This document shows, in pieces, positions 24,642 through 32,622 of a DNA stretch of 64,000 nt. The stretch comes from Bacillales bacterium UBA6865 (GTDB taxonomy: Bacteria > Bacillota_I > Bacilli_A > RFN20 > CAG-826). The position numbers and the translations under genes are program-made. The stretch is taken from NCBI GenBank assembly GCA_002449265.1, contig DKCV01000025.1, forward strand, positions 79,955-143,954, written 5' to 3'. Each line of letters opens with the position of its first letter. Positions within the stretch are counted from its first letter, which is position 1. The notes under the pieces were generated by a model that ran no database searches, was not told the origin of the DNA, and saw nothing but the letters and a program-made list of their open reading frames with translations.

Positions 24642-26315
24642 ATGCCGAAATTTACTTCCCCAATTCAGATTTTTGCCCTCGGCGGTTTAGGTGAGGTCGG
24701 TAAAAACACATATTGTTTTGAAAGCGAGCGTTCGCTTATTTTAGTTGATGCTGGCGTTCGTTTCCCTGAAGCGAATTTACCTGGCGTAGACTACGTTATC
24801 CCTGACTACACCTATTTAAGGAATAACCGCAATAAAATTAAAGCTTTGTTCATCACGCATGGTCATGAAGACCATATTGGCGGAATTCCATTCCTTATTC
24901 GGACGGTTAATATTCCTGTCATTTACGCTCCACGTCTAGCTGCAGCCTTGATCCGCCATAAACTTGAAGACGCTCGTATTAAAGATAATGTCAAAATCGT
25001 GGAATACGATAGTGACACAGCTGTCCATATTGATGACTCTTTCACCGTTTCTTTTTTCCGCGTGACCCATTCTATTCCAGATTCTTTTGGAATTTGTATT
25101 GATACTCCAGAAGGAAGAATCATCGATACTGGTGACTTCAAAATCGATTTAACACCTGTTGGCCCTAATTTTGAATTAAGCAAATTAGCCCGTTTAGGAT
25201 CAGAAGGCGTCAGCTTATTATTAAGCGATTCCACGAACGCAGAAATTGAAGGTTACACCCCAAGTGAAAGAAACGTTCGTAGCGGCGTTGAAGAAATCTT
25301 CGATAAAGCCCCTGGAAGAATCATCGTTTCTACTTTCTCGAGCAATATCAACCGTATCCAACAAGTCGTAGAAGTCGCTGTTGAACACAAACGCAAAATT
25401 TGTATTTTAGGGCGAAGCATGGAAACAGTCGTTGGAATCGCGCGTGATTATGGCTATATCAAAATTCCTGACGCCTCAATCATTAGCGATGACAATATTA
25501 GAAACTACAAAAATAGCGAAATCTGCATTCTTTGCACCGGTTCGCAAGGGGAAGCAATGGCAGCACTATCGCGCATCGCGAATGGCGATCATAAAAATGT
25601 CCACATTAATCCAGGCGATACGATTGTGTTTTCTAGTAACCCAATCCCAGGAAACGGAGCACTTGTCGACCGTCTCGTCAATAATCTCGTCAAACAAGGC
25701 GCCGATGTTAAAACAAATGGATTAGCTTTCTCGCTCCATAGTTCAGGTCACCCTTCTAGACAAGAACTTCGCTTAATGCTAAAGATTGTGAATCCAAAGT
25801 TTTTCATGCCTGCCCATGGCGAATATCGAATGCTTAAACTCCATGGCGAAGTAGCCAAAGAATTAGGAATGAAAGAAGAAAACATCTTTATTTGCGGAAA
25901 TGGTGATGTTCTCCAATTAAAAGATCACACCGTCACTAGAGGTGGGCATATTAGCGCTGAAGATATTTATATCGACGGTAATGACTTAGACGGGTTAACA
26001 AGTGGTGTTCTCCACGACCGCGAAATTCTCAAAAATGAGGGCCTTGTTGTCGTTTTGCTTTCAATGAGCAAGAAAGGCGAGGAGGCTTTGCCCCCAATCG
26101 TTTACGCTCGAGGCTTTGCAAGTGGGGAAAAGACTCACTTAATGCGCCACACCCAAATGCACGCCGACGAAGCGTTTAAAAACGCGCTTGCTAGAAAAGC
26201 GAGTTTAGGTGAAATCAAAGGCATCGTAAAAAGCGAAGTTTCGAAATATATTTATCGTAAAACCGAACGGACACCGGTTATTATTCCGCTTATCTTATCG
26301 AGCAAATCATGTTAA
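24642..26315 (+). CDS. rnj: Ribonuclease J
   Basis: Metallo-beta-lactamase HGHEDHIGG, beta-CASP region, 557 aa. AAGGAG SD upstream. Confidence 0.95.
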   Translation: MPKFTSPIQIFALGGLGEVGKNTYCFESERSLILVDAGVRFPEANLPGVDYVIPDYTYLRNNRNKIKALFITHGHEDHIGGIPFLIRTVNIPVIYAPRLAAALIRHKLEDARIKDNVKIVEYDSDTAVHIDDSFTVSFFRVTHSIPDSFGICIDTPEGRIIDTGDFKIDLTPVGPNFELSKLARLGSEGVSLLLSDSTNAEIEGYTPSERNVRSGVEEIFDKAPGRIIVSTFSSNINRIQQVVEVAVEHKRKICILGRSMETVVGIARDYGYIKIPDASIISDDNIRNYKNSEICILCTGSQGEAMAALSRIANGDHKNVHINPGDTIVFSSNPIPGNGALVDRLVNNLVKQGADVKTNGLAFSLHSSGHPSRQELRLMLKIVNPKFFMPAHGEYRMLKLHGEVAKELGMKEENIFICGNGDVLQLKDHTVTRGGHISAEDIYIDGNDLDGLTSGVLHDREILKNEGLVVVLLSMSKKGEEALPPIVYARGFASGEKTHLMRHTQMHADEAFKNALARKASLGEIKGIVKSEVSKYIYRKTERTPVIIPLILSSKSC

Positions 26316-26857
26316 TTCTCGCTAGCAAATCACCACGAAGGAAAGAATTATTAAAGAAAATCGTTCCTTCATTTGCCATTATTCCAGCCGATATCGATGA
26401 AAGGCTTCTTGACCCTTCTTTAAAAGCGAAAGATCTTGCTTTGGAAGAAAGTAAGCTTAAGGCTTATACGATCTTTTCTCTTCACCCTGACGATGAGATT
26501 TTAAGTTGCGACACCATCGTCATTTTAAATGGGAAAGTGTTAGAAAAACCAGTGGATAAAGATGATGCAATCCGAATGCTTGAACTAGAATCTGGGAAAC
26601 GCCAAATCGTAGTAAGCGCCTATACTTATATTTCTAAAGAAAAAGAAATCTCTCATAGTGTCACCACGGAAGTCTATTTTCGCTCATTAAGCGAGGAAGA
26701 AATCATAACTTACGTTACGCGTTTTTCTCCTTTAGATAAGGCAGGAGCCTATGGCATCCAAGACGATTTCCCTTTAATCGAAAAAATCGTGGGTTCCTAT
26801 GACAATGTCATGGGTTTGCCCACGGAAGATTTGAAGAAACGCGTTTTTAAGCTTTAG
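26309..26857 (+). CDS. maf: Maf-family nucleoside-triphosphate pyrophosphatase
   Basis: ILASKSPRRKELL and GAYGIQD motifs. Confidence 0.9.
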   Translation: MLILASKSPRRKELLKKIVPSFAIIPADIDERLLDPSLKAKDLALEESKLKAYTIFSLHPDDEILSCDTIVILNGKVLEKPVDKDDAIRMLELESGKRQIVVSAYTYISKEKEISHSVTTEVYFRSLSEEEIITYVTRFSPLDKAGAYGIQDDFPLIEKIVGSYDNVMGLPTEDLKKRVFKL

Positions 26858-27218
26858 GGAAGATTTTGTTATAAACTTCCATCGCGTTATCCTTAATCAC
26901 TAAGGTAAGTTTATCGCTCATTTGAATAAAGCCAGTCACCCCTGCTTCACGGAGCTTGTCGCGATTAACTGCCCCATAATCTTTTAGTTTGAGGATAATA
27001 CGACTTCCGTCTAACGCTCTTTCTAACACGTTTTCTTCTCCGCCAAGCGCTTCTAAATATAAAGACGGTTGAATTTCGACCGTTTTTTTCTTTTCTTTAT
27101 AGAAGTGACGATCCAAAAAGAAAATAGTGACAAATAAAGCAAGAGCGATTAAAGCGATGATCCACCAGATATTTTTAAGCAAGAAGTCGCTATAGGTGAT
27201 AGGAATTAAATATTTCAT
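26847..27218 (-). CDS. Membrane-anchored PTS-EIIB(Glc)-like domain protein lacking the phospho-Cys
   Basis: One TM helix, then LEALGGEENV...LDGSRIILKLKD...AGVTG, which parallels LGGKENI..HCATRLRF.LKD. Start chosen at ATG 27218. Confidence 0.45.
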   Translation of the reverse strand: MKYLIPITYSDFLLKNIWWIIALIALALFVTIFFLDRHFYKEKKKTVEIQPSLYLEALGGEENVLERALDGSRIILKLKDYGAVNRDKLREAGVTGFIQMSDKLTLVIKDNAMEVYNKIFPKA

Positions 27219-27223
27219 GAGAG

Positions 27224-27233
27224 TATAATACCA
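27224..27233. promoter_or_regulatory. Shared AT-rich box serving back-to-back divergent promoters
   Basis: Plus strand: TATAAT (27224-27229) followed by an SD-led CYTH gene. Minus strand: TGgTATTAT (27225-27233), then 6 nt, then ATG 27218. Confidence 0.45.
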
Positions 27234-27248
27234 CAAGAGGAGCAATCT

Positions 27249-27827
27249 ATGAGCAACGCGATTGAAATTGAAGCAAAGGCACTTGTGAGAAAAGAAGACT
27301 ATGAAAAGCTATCGAAGGCATTTCGCACCTATAAGCATTTCATTCAAACCAATTTCTATATTGATAACGACGAAGGGTATCTAAGAAAAGAAGGCCTCGC
27401 CCTTCGAATCCGCGAAAAATATGGCACCTATGAAATGACCTTGAAGACACCTCTTAGCCAAGGCTTATTAGAGAAAAACGAAATCTTAAGCGAAAAGGCT
27501 TTTGATGATTTTACTAGAAACGGCCAATTCCCCGAAAACGATTTGAAACGTTTCTTGACGATGCTCGATGTCGATGTGGATACTTTAAAAGTTAAAACAA
27601 GCCTTACCACGAATCGAATTGATGCCCCTTACCAAGGAGGGAAACTTTCGATCGACGAGAATGCCTATTCTGGGAAAACCGACTACGAAATCGAACTCGA
27701 ATACAATAACGAAGACGAGGCGGAAAAGCTTCTTCGTGAACTATTCTTAAAATACGATATCCCCTTCTCCCTCAACAAAAAGACAAAGGTTGCGCGCGCT
27801 TTTGAAGCGATAACAAACGAGAAATAG
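27249..27827 (+). CDS. CYTH-domain protein (triphosphate tunnel metalloenzyme)
   Basis: N-terminal EIEAK (ExExK) motif, size and alternating beta-strand pattern. GAGGAG SD. Confidence 0.7.
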   Translation: MSNAIEIEAKALVRKEDYEKLSKAFRTYKHFIQTNFYIDNDEGYLRKEGLALRIREKYGTYEMTLKTPLSQGLLEKNEILSEKAFDDFTRNGQFPENDLKRFLTMLDVDVDTLKVKTSLTTNRIDAPYQGGKLSIDENAYSGKTDYEIELEYNNEDEAEKLLRELFLKYDIPFSLNKKTKVARAFEAITNEK

Positions 27828-27859
27828 GGCCTTCCGCCCTTTTCTTTTCGGAGAGAAGT

Positions 27860-28588
27860 ATGCGATTATTATTCATTCGTCACGCTGATCCAGATTATCA
27901 AAATGATTCATTAACCGAAGTCGGCAAGAATGAAGCAAACGCACTTGCGGAATTTCTATCAAAAGAAGAAATCGACGCAATTTTCGTTTCTCCTCTAGGT
28001 AGAGCGAGAGAAACATTGGAAGCGTATTTGCAATTTAGTAAAACCCCCATAAAGCCAATTGTCAAAGATTGGTTACGCGAATTTAATGCGAATACACCGC
28101 ATGACGCAACGCATTCCGCTTGGGATTTTCTTCCTTCAACTTTAGAAGAAGCGGGAGAGGAAGCTTATTCGCCAAACACTTTCTTAACTTCAATTGCCGC
28201 TTATAGAAATAGTGATTTCAAAGAAAAATACGATAAGGTAGCGAGCCATATAGACGAACTGCTTTCTACCTTTGGCTACCTTAGAGAAAAACATCATTAC
28301 AAGGTAAAAGAAGAAAATACGAAAACCATCGCTTTCTTTTGTCATTTTGGGGTAGAAGCCATGATGCTTTCACACCTCATTAATTCAAGTCCAATCACGC
28401 TTTGTCAATATTTTTGTGCTTTGCCAAGTTCCGTTACCACCGTCTATACAGAAGAAAGAAGAAAAGGCATCGCCCAATTTCGTATCAGCGAATTCGGCAG
28501 CGTTTCCCATTTGCTTTTAAAGGGAATGAAACCATCTTTTTCGGCAAGATTTTCAGAAACTTATTCTGATCCCCGCCGTCACGACTAA
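27860..28588 (+). CDS. Histidine phosphatase family protein (PhoE/GpmB-like)
   Basis: LLFIRHADPDY (RH motif), SPLGRARET and a later catalytic-type CHFG. Confidence 0.8.
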   Translation: MRLLFIRHADPDYQNDSLTEVGKNEANALAEFLSKEEIDAIFVSPLGRARETLEAYLQFSKTPIKPIVKDWLREFNANTPHDATHSAWDFLPSTLEEAGEEAYSPNTFLTSIAAYRNSDFKEKYDKVASHIDELLSTFGYLREKHHYKVKEENTKTIAFFCHFGVEAMMLSHLINSSPITLCQYFCALPSSVTTVYTEERRKGIAQFRISEFGSVSHLLLKGMKPSFSARFSETYSDPRRHD

Positions 28589-31500
28589 GCAATTTCTTTC
28601 TGTTTTCCCTGCAAAATCGACACCAAATACATGTGAACTCGTTTTTCTTCACACCCAAATATACGAATGATGTTTTCTTTATAAGTATGAAGCTGATTCA
28701 CATAAGCAGGGTCATCAATGTGGCTCGTTTTATAATCGACGATGTAATAATCTTTCCCAAGTTTAAAAAGAAGGTCGATGAAACCAGAAGAATGAGACAG
28801 ATGGTCATAATAGCCATATTCACTATGGATTTCTCCGTTTTTTGCTAAACGCATAATGGGAAGAGATAAAACTTTATCAATCACCTCGCGGTCCTCTTTG
28901 TCTAGAATGAAAGAAGTATCCCCACTAGCGATATCCGTGAGTTCCAATAAGCGATGCAAATGAATGCCTTTTTCTAATATGACATTTGAAGGAAGCTCTT
29001 CATCAACTAAAGAAATGACTTTACTCGCCCGTTTTTTGATTCTAGGAGTAAACACTAAAGCCTCATCATTAATAATAGGCTCGTGAAATTGAGGTAATTT
29101 TGAGGTTACTTCTCCTTCGAAATAATCACTCATGAAAGAGACTTCATCATGATAATCTTTGCTTTCATAAGATAAATAAGTTAACCAAGACACATTATCA
29201 AAGGCTTTCAGCAAAGAAGGTAAGAAGGTTTTCGTAAACGTCATGATAACTTCTTCTTTATCGTCTTCCCCTTCATCGCTTTTAATCGTTAGGCCCAAGG
29301 ACTCATAGTCTTCATTCACCAGTTCTTCAATGAATTCACGAATTCGTTCTTCCCAATCTTCTTTAGAAAGAGAGCTAAATTGAGAAAAGGAAAAATCGCC
29401 TTCATCTTTTGAAGGAAGTTCATCATCTTCTTCCGTGATGTTATAAGAGCTGTCTAATCCGCTTCCATAAGAAATCTCATCAAGAAGATCTTTTTTCCGT
29501 TCTTCCTTCAACGCGTTTAAAAAGGTAGTAAAGGAATTAATTTGGTATTTTTCCATTAAAGAGGGGAAACAGGCGGAAACAAAAACTCGTGTATAAAGGT
29601 CAATGTCTTTTTCTATACAAAGTCGTTTCTCATAATCAAGATATAAATCGCGAGCAAAACCAAGCAAATAATTCTTTTGAATCAAAAGAGGAATATCTAA
29701 ATAATAACTCTTCCCTAACCGCAAATAGGTTTCTCTTGCTTCAAAGAATAAGGAAGAAGAATCTAATAAAGGTAAAGAAATCGTTTGAATTGTTTCGACT
29801 AAAGAAAGGAATGTTTCATAATCCGCCTTACTAATGACGCCTTCTATGATTTTCTTCTCGATAAAATCGTCATTCAGTTTATAGTGATGCGGCATTTCAT
29901 TAAGCATCGCATAAAGGTTCTCAGCCTTTTTATCATCATCACCCACAATAATCACTTGGTTTTCCGCACGCGTCAAAGCGACATAGAACAAGCGAACATG
30001 GTCGTCCACTTCAGGGTTATTCTCACTATTAACGTAGTTACGCGTGCATAAAGTTTCATAACAAGTTGAATAAGAAGGAGGGAAAGAACTAGAGGCTGGG
30101 GGATCAAAAGCAAAATCAGGAAAGCCAATTCCTCTTTCCTTAGAAAAGACGAAATCAGGTTTACTTCTTTGATCACCACTAGACATCGCATTAAGCGAAA
30201 CTGGCATATAGACAATCTTTCTTTCTAAGCCTTTGGAGGCGTGAATCGTCATCATATCCACTGCATCATCATTATGCGTTAAAGTGTCCGCGCTGAATTC
30301 GAGGGAATAACGATTCATATTCGCGAATAAATTAACGAAACTTTCAATCCCGCTCCCGGTAGATTCGTTCGATAAAACAAGTTGATATAAAGATTCGATT
30401 TTAGAAATATTATCTTCGATATCACCAATCTTATAAAGCTTATCTATGACATGAAAGTTATTGATGATTCCTAAATAAATATCATGGAAAGAGGCATCAA
30501 AATTTTCGGAAGCAAACGTTTCTAATTCTTTCCAAAGAGGATCGCTTTTGATTGCAGATAAGGAATCTAGTTCATCACTAGCGCGCAATAATTCATATAA
30601 ACGTGTATCGCTATATTCATAGGCATAACTTCTAGCGATAGAGGCGAATAGATGCTTAGGATCTTCCTTCCCGCCGCACGTCATCCACTTAAACATTTTG
30701 ATGAGAGATTCAATTAAAATTACCGCATTCGCCTCTCTTAAATTAGTGGAAATGACTTTATTTAATTTGATTCCGTTTTGGCTAAAGAGTTTTTCGTATA
30801 AGCCAAATCGACTCTTCACGCGCATTAAAATGGCAAAGTCGCTTGCCTTACAAGGACGAATCCCTACTGACCTATCATAAACAGGATATCCTTCCGCGAG
30901 TTTTTTCTTGATATCGGTTAAAATCGCAAAGGCTTCCGTTTCATTATGCCCTTTCGCATTCATCTTCGTTTCGGTAAGAGGAAGATTTGGGGTTATGATA
31001 CGAGAAACGCCGAAATGTTCGTAAGGTAAACGATATAAATTCACCTTCGAGTCATAAGAAAGGTGTTCTAAATTATCGTTTTTATAGTCGATTGAGCCAT
31101 GATTAAGTCGCATATAGTAAGAACAAATATAATTGATATCATCTAATAGGCGTTTCCCACTTCGGTAGTTATAATTCATCGCGATGACTTTATGTCCTAA
31201 GCCAGATAGATACCGTTTTTGGCGTTCCCTAAATAAGGCAACAACGCTTCCACGGAATAAATAAATGCTTTGTTTCGCATCACCGACCACAAATAAATGT
31301 GCTCTTTTCCCAGAAGCGTTCGGCTTAAGAAGGCTCTCTAAAAACGCTTCTTGCGCAGGGTTGGTGTCCTGATATTCGTCTACCATGATATAAGAGAAAC
31401 GGCTCCGAATTTCGGAAGCGATGTCTTCATAAGCGGAATCGGTCAATAACGATAATGCCAAATCCGCAATATCGGAGAAAGAGAAAGAATTAGTAACTTT

Positions 31501-32622
31501 TTTAAATTCCAAAAAGCGTTCATCGGCTTCTTTTACTAGCGTCATCAATAAATGAACATCATCTTTTGTTTTTAAGATTTTCTCGTATTCAAAAGCAAGG
31601 GAACCTAGCGTTTCAACAGGCTTAGTTACGCGTTTTTCCGTAGTGACCGCAGTTTTTAAAATCTTCCATGGTTTTTCTAAACGTTCTTTTTCTTCTTTGT
31701 CTAATCCCTTTGTTCTTGTCGTAAGTAAAGGCGAATAGTCCTCGCGAAATGTCTTAATCTTTGAAACAAAAGTCTCATCGTCACATTTAAGCAAAGAAAC
31801 TATCGCTTCATAAAGCGGCTCAGCGTAATTCTCTTCTCGGAAAGAAAAAGCATCATAGCTCTTTCCCCAAAATCCTAGACTAGAAAAAGCGTCTTTCGCA
31901 CTCGAAAAAGAAGTAACGGGATTAACGTAAAGATCATAATGATATTCTGCGAAAGCTGCTTCATAAATCGTATCGATAAGCGATTCACGGACAGAAGTTA
32001 GATAGGCATGATAGAGTTCTTTTGCAAAGAAAAAAGAATAAAAACGTTCATCGTAATGGGAAAGGAAATCTTCCTTATCTTTTTTCCCTAAAGAATCAAG
32101 TTTATCCCAAAGCGACAAAACATTGCGTTTTGCGTGTCTGTCCCCTTTCATGTCAATTTTTTGGATAAAAGAGATTAACGAGGCGCTTTTTGCAGGGTTT
32201 TTATAATATTCAGAAAAAATTTGATCGACAATTTCGCTGCGTTTGGTTTTGGCGATGTTATCATCCAAAACATTTAACTTATCCGCAATTCCTAAACGCA
32301 TCGAATATTGGGAAACTAAATATTGATATAGGCTATCAAACGTCTGGATGTGACTAGAAAGTAATTGATTGGCTTTTTCCTTTTCTTCTTTGGGGAACTT
32401 TGCAAGGATTCTTTCTTTCATTTCGTGGGCAGCGTTATTGGTGAAAGTTAAAACAAGAAGCTCGCTTGGCTTAACTTTATCCCCAAGAATAATTTCGCAA
32501 ACTCGTTCAGAAAGGGTGTTGGTTTTCCCGCTTCCTGCACCGGCCGAAATCAAAATGTCTTCATCGACTGGAGCCACGATGGCTTCCCACTGCTGATCAT
32601 TGAAGCGATTTTTATTTGCCAT
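28585..32622 (-). CDS. addA: ATP-dependent helicase/nuclease subunit A (AddA/RexA)
   Basis: UvrD-type Walker A AGAGSGKT, VDEYQDTNP, and C-terminal RecB-type nuclease IVDYKTSH. Start chosen at ATG 32622 (GGAGAGGGTGACG upstream). Confidence 0.9.
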   Translation of the reverse strand: MANKNRFNDQQWEAIVAPVDEDILISAGAGSGKTNTLSERVCEIILGDKVKPSELLVLTFTNNAAHEMKERILAKFPKEEKEKANQLLSSHIQTFDSLYQYLVSQYSMRLGIADKLNVLDDNIAKTKRSEIVDQIFSEYYKNPAKSASLISFIQKIDMKGDRHAKRNVLSLWDKLDSLGKKDKEDFLSHYDERFYSFFFAKELYHAYLTSVRESLIDTIYEAAFAEYHYDLYVNPVTSFSSAKDAFSSLGFWGKSYDAFSFREENYAEPLYEAIVSLLKCDDETFVSKIKTFREDYSPLLTTRTKGLDKEEKERLEKPWKILKTAVTTEKRVTKPVETLGSLAFEYEKILKTKDDVHLLMTLVKEADERFLEFKKVTNSFSFSDIADLALSLLTDSAYEDIASEIRSRFSYIMVDEYQDTNPAQEAFLESLLKPNASGKRAHLFVVGDAKQSIYLFRGSVVALFRERQKRYLSGLGHKVIAMNYNYRSGKRLLDDINYICSYYMRLNHGSIDYKNDNLEHLSYDSKVNLYRLPYEHFGVSRIITPNLPLTETKMNAKGHNETEAFAILTDIKKKLAEGYPVYDRSVGIRPCKASDFAILMRVKSRFGLYEKLFSQNGIKLNKVISTNLREANAVILIESLIKMFKWMTCGGKEDPKHLFASIARSYAYEYSDTRLYELLRASDELDSLSAIKSDPLWKELETFASENFDASFHDIYLGIINNFHVIDKLYKIGDIEDNISKIESLYQLVLSNESTGSGIESFVNLFANMNRYSLEFSADTLTHNDDAVDMMTIHASKGLERKIVYMPVSLNAMSSGDQRSKPDFVFSKERGIGFPDFAFDPPASSSFPPSYSTCYETLCTRNYVNSENNPEVDDHVRLFYVALTRAENQVIIVGDDDKKAENLYAMLNEMPHHYKLNDDFIEKKIIEGVISKADYETFLSLVETIQTISLPLLDSSSLFFEARETYLRLGKSYYLDIPLLIQKNYLLGFARDLYLDYEKRLCIEKDIDLYTRVFVSACFPSLMEKYQINSFTTFLNALKEERKKDLLDEISYGSGLDSSYNITEEDDELPSKDEGDFSFSQFSSLSKEDWEERIREFIEELVNEDYESLGLTIKSDEGEDDKEEVIMTFTKTFLPSLLKAFDNVSWLTYLSYESKDYHDEVSFMSDYFEGEVTSKLPQFHEPIINDEALVFTPRIKKRASKVISLVDEELPSNVILEKGIHLHRLLELTDIASGDTSFILDKEDREVIDKVLSLPIMRLAKNGEIHSEYGYYDHLSHSSGFIDLLFKLGKDYYIVDYKTSHIDDPAYVNQLHTYKENIIRIFGCEEKRVHMYLVSILQGKQKEIA

